Below, in pieces: positions 29,191 through 37,725 of a stretch of DNA of 64,000 nucleotides. The notes beneath the pieces were generated by a model, which saw nothing but the letters and a program-made list of their open reading frames with translations, was not told where the DNA came from and ran no database searches. The stretch comes from a virus: positions 32,001 to 96,000 of the IMG/VR virus record IMGVR_UViG_3300042566_000678; one strand, given 5' to 3'. Positions within the stretch are counted from its first letter, which is position 1. Each line of letters opens with the position of its first letter. The translations under genes and the position numbers were made by a program.

Positions 29191-29550
29191 TTAGTAATTT
29201 ATTTTATAACGAGGATGGGGTACTACAAATTGTTCTATAATATCACCGATACGAAGCATGAAATCACCAGCTGGTTTTCTCAACCAATTACGAGTAACCC
29301 AATGTTCGTATATGATATAGGAGTTTTTATTTAAGAATTGGAGTTTATAGGTCTTATCACCAAGCATCTCTTCATCATATCCTTTTCTATGTAATCTTAT
29401 TTTTAAAAATTGTTTACCTTTATCCTTATCTAAATATATGGAATAATAATCTTCTACTAAATCACTAGCATCAATTATTTCCCAACCATTAAAATCAGCG
29501 TTCTCACTAATTTCAGCCAATCTATCCATAAAGTTTTGTATGGTTAGCAT
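29191..29550 (-). CDS. MLTIxN-family paralog
   Basis: Begins MLTIQNF, encoded by ATGCTAAC. Confidence 0.75.
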   Translation of the reverse strand: MLTIQNFMDRLAEISENADFNGWEIIDASDLVEDYYSIYLDKDKGKQFLKIRLHRKGYDEEMLGDKTYKLQFLNKNSYIIYEHWVTRNWLRKPAGDFMLRIGDIIEQFVVPHPRYKINY

Positions 29551-29813
29551 TATAGTAATTGGATTCCTTTTAATAACTCCGTAACTCCTTCTTCATTCAA
29601 ATATCCATGCACATCACCTTCGGCAACTGCATTATCATAATGTAATTCACCATCCGTATCCAACACTGCCAACTCATACAAACCATCCTTACCTCCGTAT
29701 GAATATTTATGACGTATCACACTTGCACCAAATCCGTTCTCAAACATAGTGCGAGAGTATATACCGCTCCCATCGGGTAACTCCTTAAACTCTAAATCTT
29801 TAAATTCTTTCAT
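29550..29813 (-). CDS. Hypothetical phage protein
   Basis: FENG.GASVI....SYGG..GLYELAVL pattern. Confidence 0.6.
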   Translation of the reverse strand: MKEFKDLEFKELPDGSGIYSRTMFENGFGASVIRHKYSYGGKDGLYELAVLDTDGELHYDNAVAEGDVHGYLNEEGVTELLKGIQLL

Positions 29814-29960
29814 AATGTGTGTTTGTTGTTTTTAATTCTAAATATAATTTCTCTAATCAGCCAGCCGGGAAATACAATCATCCATATCAATACGATAGAT
29901 GATAGTAATAGTAAATTGTTAAAAAAATGTTTCATAGTCGGTTTACGATTTTTTGATAGT

Positions 29961-30302
29961 TTAGTTATTCTGTAATTGGTAATCTAATGTATCTACTACG
30001 GATTGGATAAACGAATCTCTATCCTTTAATCCATTGGCACTTATCCCACCACTATCAAACTTCTTTTGATTTAAATAAATTATATACCTATATTGGTTCT
30101 TATAATCCTTATCAAACTCCCTACCAATAAGTATCTTACCTATGTTATTGCCTCCCAACTCAAATCCAATTGAATAGTATTCAGGTTCTAAAATGGTCAA
30201 ATCGGCATCATCGTATAAATGGACACCTTCGCTTACAAGATTAATCATCCACCCATTACAACGTATCCCTTCTAATGACCTAAAGTTTTTAATTGTTAGC
30301 AT
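29961..30302 (-). CDS. MLTIxN-family paralog
   Basis: MLTIKNFRSLEG...LKD. Confidence 0.75.
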   Translation of the reverse strand: MLTIKNFRSLEGIRCNGWMINLVSEGVHLYDDADLTILEPEYYSIGFELGGNNIGKILIGREFDKDYKNQYRYIIYLNQKKFDSGGISANGLKDRDSFIQSVVDTLDYQLQNN

Positions 30303-30303
30303 G

Positions 30304-30627
30304 TTATGTATGTTTATTAACTTGTTTATTAACTATTTTGCATAGAAATTCAATCATCATATTCATATCTTTAATGTAATCGGCATCTACACAAAATCCG
30401 ATTTTTTTATTTTCGTAATAAAAGAAGTATCTCCATTCACCATTACCCAATGATTCTAATCTTCTACTCAAATGAAATTCTTTTGTATCAATAATAGGTG
30501 AATATGCAGGATTCTTTAAATGTATTGCATATGTATCCGCTTTCTCTATGCAAAATTCTACTCCCCACCCTCCGGTAAAATCTAAAAACCTTCCTTCTAA
30601 TTTAGTGTAGTTTTGTATTGTTAGCAT
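30304..30627 (-). CDS. MLTIxN-family paralog
   Basis: MLTIQNYTKLEG...IKD. Confidence 0.75.
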   Translation of the reverse strand: MLTIQNYTKLEGRFLDFTGGWGVEFCIEKADTYAIHLKNPAYSPIIDTKEFHLSRRLESLGNGEWRYFFYYENKKIGFCVDADYIKDMNMMIEFLCKIVNKQVNKHT

Positions 30628-30630
30628 ATC

Positions 30631-31107
30631 TTATTTTTTAATAACAAACCACTCCGTACTACCCCAATTACCACTATACCTATTATGGTATCTATTTCCA
30701 TCACGCCTCATTTCATCAAAATACCTAAACATTTTATTTTTGCTCAAAATCATTTTTTTAGTCCAACCATTAAAAATATCATTACCATATACTCGTTTAA
30801 GTAGTTTAGTAGTATCATCAAACTTTTTTGGAAATGGGAACTCATCATTAACTACATACCTATTCTTAAATGAATACCCACATATACCTTTTATGGACAA
30901 AACACATTTTTCTTCTTCTATTAGCATATCCGTAATAGATGCGTTTTTATCAAATAACTTAAAACTGACTATCTCCAAATTTTTGTAGTTGGGAAATTGC
31001 TTTAATCTTTTGTAAACGTTATAAGAATACCCAATTTTACATAGTTCGTATTTAGGAAACATTGAACCAAACTTTTTATCTCTAATATAATAAACACCAG
31101 TACTCAT
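30631..31107 (-). CDS. GIY-YIG/T5orf172-like endonuclease, probably mobile
   Basis: GVYYI...KIGYS.NV.KRL.Q...E...EWF. Confidence 0.65.
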   Translation of the reverse strand: MSTGVYYIRDKKFGSMFPKYELCKIGYSYNVYKRLKQFPNYKNLEIVSFKLFDKNASITDMLIEEEKCVLSIKGICGYSFKNRYVVNDEFPFPKKFDDTTKLLKRVYGNDIFNGWTKKMILSKNKMFRYFDEMRRDGNRYHNRYSGNWGSTEWFVIKK

Positions 31108-31136
31108 ATCTTATTGTAGTTTTCTATGGTTAGCAT
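31104..31136 (-). pseudogene. 10-codon MLTIxN stub (MLTIENYNKI*)
   Basis: ATG CTA ACC ATA GAA AAC TAC AAT AAG ATA TGA. Its stop overlaps the nuclease ATG. Confidence 0.7.
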
Positions 31137-31462
31137 AATTTTGGTAAAAGTCTAGATGAAATCCATTCTAATAAATGAATAGGGTCTTTTAAGTATTGAC
31201 AATGAATCCTATATCTTCTATTTGTTAATGATAGGCAATCTATTTGGTACTCAAATCCATTATCCATTAGCTGTCTCCATACCCATATATACTCAACCTT
31301 TTTTATGTTATATACTCTATTACCTTCATCTGGCATCAACGAAAGTTTATAGAACTCTGGTTGCTCATCTATGGATGCAACTATCCATTTGGTTATTCCA
31401 CCCGGTGAAAACGATTGGGTTTCCATACCCCTTATCTTATCGTAGTTTTTTATGGTTAGCAT
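31130..31462 (-). CDS. MLTIxN-family paralog
   Basis: MLTIKNYDKIRG...LKD. Confidence 0.75.
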   Translation of the reverse strand: MLTIKNYDKIRGMETQSFSPGGITKWIVASIDEQPEFYKLSLMPDEGNRVYNIKKVEYIWVWRQLMDNGFEYQIDCLSLTNRRYRIHCQYLKDPIHLLEWISSRLLPKLC

Positions 31463-31463
31463 A

Positions 31464-31808
31464 TTACTTATATTCTTCCATAGTTTTAAGCATAAGTGAA
31501 TAGAAATCCACTTTCTTTTTTAGTAGGATTCTTCCAACTTTAGTTTCAACTACAAACCCATCTCTATTTGTACCCGGCGTTGCCAGTTTAGTATCGTAAA
31601 GTCGTAAACGATATATGGATTGTTGGTAACTCGCCGGTACTCTATCCAAAAGAAACTTAAAACGTCGGGGTATCCCATAGGCATTCCAATAGAATGAATA
31701 ATACTCTCCATCACCATTTGGTTTTACAGAAGATAACCCGCCATCGCATAATGTGTACTCACCTATGGTCAGACCTATATCTTTTCTTACGTTTTGTATT
31801 GTTAGCAT
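31464..31808 (-). CDS. MLTIxN-family paralog
   Basis: MLTIQNV. Closest to 32108-32497 (YY.FYW, RFK..L.R, ET.VG). Confidence 0.75.
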   Translation of the reverse strand: MLTIQNVRKDIGLTIGEYTLCDGGLSSVKPNGDGEYYSFYWNAYGIPRRFKFLLDRVPASYQQSIYRLRLYDTKLATPGTNRDGFVVETKVGRILLKKKVDFYSLMLKTMEEYK

Positions 31809-31809
31809 A

Positions 31810-32106
31810 TTAAAAATGAAAAGTAAATTTGTCTAATGCTTTTAGTAGATTGTTCATATCTGCTATATAATCTATGGTTACACTTTGGTTGGTAGCTTTG
31901 CGAGATTCATCGTAGAATCTATATACAAACCTATCACCAATGTGTAAGGTCTTCTTTCTTTGTAGATAAACCTTTATAGATGATAAATGTTTGTGTTCTA
32001 ATTTAATCTCATAGAAATTAGAGTCTTCCCCACAATACTCAACTTTCCAACCCGATTGTCCTATGGGTTTGTCACATAATAGATAATAATTTTGTATCTT
32101 TAGCAT
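31810..32106 (-). CDS. MLTIxN-family paralog
   Basis: MLKIQNY. Closest to 30304-30627 (GW.VE.C.E, DYI.DMN). Confidence 0.75.
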   Translation of the reverse strand: MLKIQNYYLLCDKPIGQSGWKVEYCGEDSNFYEIKLEHKHLSSIKVYLQRKKTLHIGDRFVYRFYDESRKATNQSVTIDYIADMNNLLKALDKFTFHF

Positions 32107-32107
32107 A

Positions 32108-32497
32108 TTACATAAACATTATTATTTTATTTGTCATCCAAGTATAAAATCCAATTCTATCTTTTAGGTGTGTACGTGTACCCACAGATGTTTCATAAAT
32201 TAAACCCTCCCTGCCACTATGAGTGAAACCTTTTTGCTCGTCGTAAATCTTAAAGTTGTATATGGATGTTGTACCTACTATTGGGTTTCTTTCCAAAAAG
32301 CATTTGAACCTACTACGCCAAATCCTGCTCCTTCCATCGTTGTAACTCCAATAGAATGCGTAATAATCATAGTTACCCGAAATACCCGTTACTTCATCAG
32401 GTCGATTGTACAAACCTGCATTTACTAATTTGAATGAACCTATCACCATTCCAACATCTGGGTCTGCACCTTTTGTTTGGTTTTGTATTGTTAGCAT
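32108..32497 (-). CDS. MLTIxN-family paralog
   Basis: MLTIQNQ...LKD. Confidence 0.75.
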   Translation of the reverse strand: MLTIQNQTKGADPDVGMVIGSFKLVNAGLYNRPDEVTGISGNYDYYAFYWSYNDGRSRIWRSRFKCFLERNPIVGTTSIYNFKIYDEQKGFTHSGREGLIYETSVGTRTHLKDRIGFYTWMTNKIIMFM

Positions 32498-32500
32498 ATC

Positions 32501-32848
32501 TTATTTGTGACCAAAGTATTTGTGAAAATCTTCTAATTTAGCTATCATCCAACTATTGAACGCGGCGAATGATAGGAATTGGGATGTACGGACGAAATCA
32601 AAAGCTGGGAGTGTGGTGTGGAATATTTCTCCTACGCCGCTTGTAGCTACCTTAACCGTATAGAATTGTTTCTCCCAATTGAACTCCATTAGGATTACAT
32701 TACGAGAACTAGGATTTTGTGGGTATATCCATACTTGATTACCTATACTACCATCTGCTGATAATTTATATACATAATCACCAGGAAATGGACCTGTTTT
32801 GATTATATGTCCATCAACCTTTTGTGCGAAATTTTGTGGTGCTTTCAT
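32501..32848 (-). CDS. Hypothetical protein, possible distant MLTIxN member
   Basis: MKAPQNFAQKVDG. First gene after promoter copy 3. Confidence 0.5.
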   Translation of the reverse strand: MKAPQNFAQKVDGHIIKTGPFPGDYVYKLSADGSIGNQVWIYPQNPSSRNVILMEFNWEKQFYTVKVATSGVGEIFHTTLPAFDFVRTSQFLSFAAFNSWMIAKLEDFHKYFGHK

Positions 32849-32874
32849 ATGATTTATATTTAACTGATGTTTAA

Positions 32875-32906
32875 CAAAGGTAAGTAAAAAAATCCACAAT
32901 TCCTAA
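32875..32906 (-). promoter_or_regulatory. 32-bp repeated promoter, copy 3
   Basis: Identical to 26371-26402. Confidence 0.8.
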
Positions 32907-32934
32907 TTTTTACTTAATTATTTAATATCCAAAC

Positions 32935-33180
32935 TCATTCTTCATCGAAATCGTATCGTTTGTAGAATTTTTCATAGTTTTCTTTAGGTTCTTTGGGTTT
33001 CGATTCCACCACCAACACATCACTACACTCCACCACCTTAATCTTTACATCTTTGTAGTATGGTGATGATTGTCGTAACACTCTTTTTGCTTCATTCACA
33101 CCCGAAGCAACCACATAACGTTCATACATTATGTAACCATGTCGGTTAATCAAGTGGAATTTATATAGTGTTGGTTTCAT
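32935..33180 (-). CDS. Hypothetical protein
   Basis: 81 aa ORF. Confidence 0.5.
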   Translation of the reverse strand: MKPTLYKFHLINRHGYIMYERYVVASGVNEAKRVLRQSSPYYKDVKIKVVECSDVLVVESKPKEPKENYEKFYKRYDFDEE

Positions 33181-33183
33181 ATC

Positions 33184-33420
33184 TTATTTACGATTTAATT
33201 TACTAATACGATGCCATCTTTTGATGAACCAATACATATGGACCAATAGTACCATAACGTTGACGATGATAGTAGGATTGTTTTGGATTAAGAACCCATA
33301 CCACACCCACACTAAACAGGCGAAGAGATTGACCATCCTTACCAACTTTTGTTTGGAAAAGGCAAAGGATAGAACGGACATCCCCATAGCAAAGTAACCA
33401 ACTAATTCTAATGTATTCAT
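33184..33420 (-). CDS. YgjV-like small inner-membrane protein
   Basis: GY.A.....SF......R.VN..AC..W..YG......P...VN. Confidence 0.65.
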   Translation of the reverse strand: MNTLELVGYFAMGMSVLSFAFSKQKLVRMVNLFACLVWVWYGFLIQNNPTIIVNVMVLLVHMYWFIKRWHRISKLNRK

Positions 33421-33425
33421 ATCTT

Positions 33426-33578
33426 TTATATATTTGCGATTTCAATAAACTTATTTGTAGGGTACTCATCGGCTTCTTTATGAGCCATCTTCCATGCGGT
33501 AGATATATCCTCCGTAGTGTATATCCTTTCAAACTTAAACTTACCACTAATGTAAAATCTAAACTTATATTCGTTCAT
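33426..33578 (-). CDS. Hypothetical 50-aa protein
   Basis: MNEYKFRFYISGKFKFERIYTT... fills the gap exactly. Below the track cutoff. Confidence 0.55.
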   Translation of the reverse strand: MNEYKFRFYISGKFKFERIYTTEDISTAWKMAHKEADEYPTNKFIEIANI

Positions 33579-33583
33579 ATCTT

Positions 33584-33835
33584 TTATCTTCCTATTTGAA
33601 AATCAATGTAATCCGATATTGCCATTGAGTTCCTAACGTTAATCCGTTTTTGAATCAACTCCATAGCTTCTTCGTATCTATCATACGAAACCACACCTTC
33701 ATTTATATAGTATTCGGAATTGGCTCGTTTAGGTGTTATACCCAATTGTTCTGCTCTCGCTTCGATGAACTCAACGTAACGTTCTAAAGAAAGTCGTTTA
33801 ATCGTTGATGGTTTTAAATCTAATATCCTTTTCAT
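33584..33835 (-). CDS. Hypothetical protein, paralog of 35445-35660
   Basis: Shared L.L..YV...E..A...G.TP...N..Y....GVVS..RYEEA. Confidence 0.6.
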   Translation of the reverse strand: MKRILDLKPSTIKRLSLERYVEFIEARAEQLGITPKRANSEYYINEGVVSYDRYEEAMELIQKRINVRNSMAISDYIDFQIGR

Positions 33836-33847
33836 ATCTCTTATCTT

Positions 33848-34069
33848 TTATAGGTCGTAAATCTCTTCTAACTTACCATTGTAGTAGGCAACAAACAAAC
33901 CATACTCACCTACCTCAACGTTGTAATACCCATCGTTGTAATCCATCAAACTTACATCCAACCAACTTGTGTGGATACCATTCAGTTCACATAGGGTTTC
34001 GAACTCAACTGCGTTAATAGTGGGTGCAATTGCAATCAACTCTTTCTTCGTAATCTTTGTAGCTTTCAT
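33848..34069 (-). CDS. Hypothetical protein
   Basis: 73 aa, acidic. Confidence 0.5.
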   Translation of the reverse strand: MKATKITKKELIAIAPTINAVEFETLCELNGIHTSWLDVSLMDYNDGYYNVEVGEYGLFVAYYNGKLEEIYDL

Positions 34070-34088
34070 AATATAAGGGGTTTAAGGA

Positions 34089-34376
34089 TTAACAATTAAC
34101 TCTGGCTTCAGAAGCCCAATCTTCATTAACTAAATACCAATACTTCTCTCTCATATGGATAATGTCGTAACCACCACCATTCTCCTCAATACTAACAATA
34201 CCTTTCTTAACCAAAGAACCTAACACACCACGAAGGACCTTTGTAGAGATTTCTAACTCCTTACTCAAATCATTCACATCCACATCGGAAAAGCCAGGTT
34301 CGGCATACAAACCACCAATAAAGGCAGTTAAGGTAAGTGATTCTAATTCCGTTAAATTCAATTCTAAATAGTTCAT
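34089..34376 (-). CDS. Winged-helix DNA-binding protein
   Basis: V.DLSKELEISTKVLRGVLGSLVKKGIV. Start 34376. Confidence 0.65.
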   Translation of the reverse strand: MNYLELNLTELESLTLTAFIGGLYAEPGFSDVDVNDLSKELEISTKVLRGVLGSLVKKGIVSIEENGGGYDIIHMREKYWYLVNEDWASEARVNC

Positions 34377-34413
34377 ATCTTTATGTTTAAATTGTTTCTC
34401 TCTCAATGTTTAG

Positions 34414-34445
34414 TAAAGGTAAGTAAAATATCTTACAATGTCAAG
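34414..34445 (-). promoter_or_regulatory. Early-type promoter
   Basis: CTTGACATTGT...TACCTTTA, 20-nt spacer. Confidence 0.75.
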
Positions 34446-34456
34446 TCTTTTCTTAA

Positions 34457-34801
34457 TTATTTTAAAGGAAGTTCTAACCCTAATTGTAGTTCAAAGATGT
34501 GGTATTCGATTTCGGTAAGTGTCTTCTTACCACAATTACGTTGAGCCATTAATCTGGCTTGGGTTAGTTTAAGGAAATCACCGATAGTAACGATACCCAT
34601 TGCCTTAACAACCTGATATGCTCTAAACGATATATCCAAATCCGTAACTGGTGATAGGGGGTTAATTTCGATTTGGGTTAGGGATTCTACCTTCGCTGAA
34701 TGAATTGCTTCCTCTAACTGACGATTTAACTCCTTCATACGTTTGTTGTATTCGGATTGTAACTTTTGAATTTGATTGGAAATGGATTGTAGATTGTTCA
34801 T
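34457..34801 (-). CDS. Stand-alone RNA polymerase alpha-subunit C-terminal domain protein with an N-terminal coiled coil
   Basis: V.DLDIS.RAY......GI.TIGD........L...RNCGKKTL.EI. Start 34801. Confidence 0.8.
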   Translation of the reverse strand: MNNLQSISNQIQKLQSEYNKRMKELNRQLEEAIHSAKVESLTQIEINPLSPVTDLDISFRAYQVVKAMGIVTIGDFLKLTQARLMAQRNCGKKTLTEIEYHIFELQLGLELPLK

Positions 34802-34833
34802 ATTTTCGATGTTTATGTCTAACTGATGTTCTA

Positions 34834-34865
34834 TAAAGGTACGCAATAATAACCACAATGTCAAG
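34834..34865 (-). promoter_or_regulatory. Early-type promoter
   Basis: CTTGACATTGTG...TGCGTACCTTTA, 20-nt spacer. Confidence 0.75.
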
Positions 34866-34989
34866 TCTTTTCTTAATTATTTTTTCTTTTTGTCATTTTT
34901 TTATACCTCCATATAGGATAGCAAAAAAGTAAATAGCGATAACCCTATTCAGACATACCCTTTGGGTATAATAGTATATTAAATAAGTC

Positions 34990-35140
34990 TAGCCCGAAAA
35001 CATGACCCCCGTATGAAAACGTACTCGGCTCGGGTCCGGCGGGTGCCTTTCGAGCGTGTTACGGGAAATGGAGAGTCTCCCTTAACGGTGAACGCCGGCG
35101 GCGCCGCCTCCACTCACCCACCGCACACACCCACGCTCTC
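34990..35140. other. GC-rich non-coding island with a 12-bp palindrome
   Basis: GGCGGCGCCGCC at 35097-35108. G-rich to the left, C-rich to the right. Confidence 0.6.
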
Positions 35141-35163
35141 ATAGTTAGATGGTTATCTAATTA

Positions 35164-35385
35164 TTAAATCTGCTTACGGATGGGACGTTCATACGCCTTT
35201 AAGGCTTGAGTAGCTATGTATTGATGTTCTCTGGCTGAACGTAGTGAGATTTCACATTGTTGTATTAGTGCTCCGTTCTTTTGGGATTGTGCTTGTAGAT
35301 ACATAACGATTATATCTTGTATATCTGTTTCTATTGCTTGTAGTCTACGTTGAAAGAAAGCTAGTGTCTGATTGTATGTACTCAT
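35164..35385 (-). CDS. Hypothetical helical protein
   Basis: 73 aa ORF. Confidence 0.5.
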   Translation of the reverse strand: MSTYNQTLAFFQRRLQAIETDIQDIIVMYLQAQSQKNGALIQQCEISLRSAREHQYIATQALKAYERPIRKQI

Positions 35386-35444
35386 AGTAGTCTTGATTTT
35401 GTTTTGCTAAAATAATTTTACCTTTGTTGTCCGCAGATGAAAAT

Positions 35445-35660
35445 CTATGCATGGCCTAGTCCGGTGAAGTGTTCTTCTATTACCTTACGAATCCCCAATC
35501 CCCACACTGCCTCCTCATATCTTTCTTCACTCACCACACCATACGAATAGCAGTAATCATAATTAACCTTTTCAGGTGTTGAACCATTCATTACAGCCAT
35601 ACCCTCTAACAGATTAACATAATCAACCAACTCTAAATTTGAAATCTCATTACTAGTCAT
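35445..35660 (-). CDS. Hypothetical protein, paralog of 33584-33835
   Basis: GVVSEERYEEA. Confidence 0.6.
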   Translation of the reverse strand: MTSNEISNLELVDYVNLLEGMAVMNGSTPEKVNYDYCYSYGVVSEERYEEAVWGLGIRKVIEEHFTGLGHA

Positions 35661-35680
35661 AGTGTGTGTGGGTTTAAAGA

Positions 35681-35926
35681 TTAAGAAATAAATTTTAATA
35701 CATAAGAAGGGATACCAGCCTCATTACCTCTACCCACTCTCAATGCCTCCTCAATGATTCCAGCTGATTGTTTGTAAAGAGCGATGAACTCTCTTATCGC
35801 CTGGCGTTGTAACTTATTACGATAAGGAAGACGAAAACGTTCAAAACAAATAATCGGCGTTCCAGCCTTAATAACTCGTCCGATGTTAGCAGAAATGTTT
35901 TTGTAGATAATTGGTTCGTAATTCAT
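35681..35926 (-). CDS. Hypothetical protein
   Basis: First gene after the promoter at 35981. Confidence 0.5.
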   Translation of the reverse strand: MNYEPIIYKNISANIGRVIKAGTPIICFERFRLPYRNKLQRQAIREFIALYKQSAGIIEEALRVGRGNEAGIPSYVLKFIS

Positions 35927-35980
35927 AGTAGTATATTTTATGTTTAACTGAATGTCAGAAGCGTTTCCCCCAACGTTTAA

Positions 35981-36012
35981 TAAAGGTACGCAAAATATTT
36001 CACAATGTCAAG
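35981..36012 (-). promoter_or_regulatory. Early-type promoter
   Basis: CTTGACATTGTG...TGCGTACCTTTA, 20-nt spacer. Confidence 0.75.
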
Positions 36013-36563
36013 TCTTTTCCAAATTATTTTTAAAATAAATTAAAATTATTTCGTGAGCATATACACAGCATTCACACGTACTACCATACGGATGTAAAAA
36101 TATATCTTCAAAAAAAATTGTATTATTCTTATAAACTGATTTACATATGTAAACAACACGCGTGTGAATAGGTGGAATTGAGAGAATTTCTCGTACGCAC
36201 GAATGAAATGTGCGCTGAAATAATGCATAGGATTATTCCGTAATTAGTGATTTAACTAATTAGTTGTTTAACTAAATACCTAAATATGTGAAAGTGTGTA
36301 AAATAAATTCAGGATTCCTTGGTTTTTTGCTCACAAATGAATATGTACTTGGCGTCCTTCAGGTGCGTTGTACCCGTATAGGGGACAGTGGGTTTCTTTT
36401 GCTATTTCCTATTGTGTTAATTACCCGTCTAACTAATTAGTTAAATAACTAAATATCCATACCTCGTCAATAAGGGCTTTTATACACCTCTCGTATGTGA
36501 TTATATACCTATGATGATTTTAACACCTTATAGACGAGCAAAAGAATAGACTATGTGTAACGA

Positions 36564-37013
36564 TTAGTGAACGAAAGGGTGTTGGTTAGAATAGAGGTGT
36601 TTTCTTACCTTAACTACGGTTCCCGTTGATATTCCCTTCGATTTTCTTACCTTAACAATAGTTTTGGATGAAGCACCTAAAACCTCTACTATCTTTCTAA
36701 CGGAATATCCTTTCTCTAATAGGGTAATTATTTCTTTGGTTATGGGTTTATTCATAAAAGTTTCGGTAGATTCCATACTACCTACTCTTCTACCTGCTAC
36801 TCCCCCATTTTCAATCCATTTTTCCCTACCTAATTTTATTAACCTTTTCCACTCATTAGGGTTCTTATGTATCCCCACATCTTTACCATGCGCTTTACCA
36901 TGGCATACATTACATAGGGGTATAGTTTTAGTACCACCCAATGATTTAGGTATAATATGGTGTTGATGTATATGTTCACCACTACCACACTCAAAACATA
37001 TTTTAGTATCCAT
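36564..37013 (-). CDS. HNH endonuclease with a C-terminal HTH
   Basis: CFECG...HHIIP...GG....LC..CH...H, then GYSVRKI...LG.S..TI.KV. Confidence 0.8.
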   Translation of the reverse strand: MDTKICFECGSGEHIHQHHIIPKSLGGTKTIPLCNVCHGKAHGKDVGIHKNPNEWKRLIKLGREKWIENGGVAGRRVGSMESTETFMNKPITKEIITLLEKGYSVRKIVEVLGASSKTIVKVRKSKGISTGTVVKVRKHLYSNQHPFVH

Positions 37014-37015
37014 AT

Positions 37016-37369
37016 CTATTGTATTACTTGTCTCCCACCACTATGTATTTGATTAAATACCCTTCTTATATCCTTAAAATCTTCTACTCTTAAAAATTTA
37101 GTACATCCTCTTGCAAGGGGTACGTTTACATTCTTACAATAGATTTTTACATATTCATGTCCAGCGAAATCATTTGGGTCATACATTTGTTGTGTTTCCT
37201 TATAGATTTGTACTAATATCTTTATATCCTTTTGTTCCTTATCCTTTAAGACGTACTCATATATACCCCCAATTGGGTTATCTCCTACATAATGTATTTT
37301 CCAACTCGTTAAACTCTTTTCTACGAAATTTACTAGCCTATTAGGATTTTCTATGTTTATCCTTTTCAT
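37016..37369 (-). CDS. MLTIxN-family paralog
   Basis: MKRINIENPNRL...W...Y...FKD. Confidence 0.6.
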   Translation of the reverse strand: MKRINIENPNRLVNFVEKSLTSWKIHYVGDNPIGGIYEYVLKDKEQKDIKILVQIYKETQQMYDPNDFAGHEYVKIYCKNVNVPLARGCTKFLRVEDFKDIRRVFNQIHSGGRQVIQ

Positions 37370-37725
37370 ATTATGTAACTATGAATTATTATATCCGTAA
37401 AATTTCCTAATGCTAATCCAAATTGATTCATATCCCTCAATACCCTACTACTCACCAATTGGGTTTCAAATCGGTTTGTATATGCACCTATCTCCCAACT
37501 CAACTCCCAATACCTTTCTTCAAAGTAAACACCTCTCGGTGGTTTTCTATCCAATACAATCCTTATCTCTTTTGAATCTACAAGAAATGTGGAATGGATT
37601 TGTAATTCAAACACATAGGTATTATTATTCATCCAATACACATCTTTTACTCTACATGTCCAATGGTGTGATTGTATAGGTACTTTCCTATCTACCATCT
37701 TATGTATGTTCTCTATCGTTAGCAT
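37366..37725 (-). CDS. MLTIxN-family paralog
   Basis: MLTIENIHKM...W...YVF.L...LDR...LRD. Confidence 0.75.
   Translation of the reverse strand: MLTIENIHKMVDRKVPIQSHHWTCRVKDVYWMNNNTYVFELQIHSTFLVDSKEIRIVLDRKPPRGVYFEERYWELSWEIGAYTNRFETQLVSSRVLRDMNQFGLALGNFTDIIIHSYII

Noticed and set aside
29191-32497. Integron cassette array or DGR target set
   Set aside because: GTTAGC resembles an attC core, but the 0-3 nt gaps leave no room for attC hairpins. There is no integrase, reverse transcriptase or adenine-specific TR/VR pair in the window.
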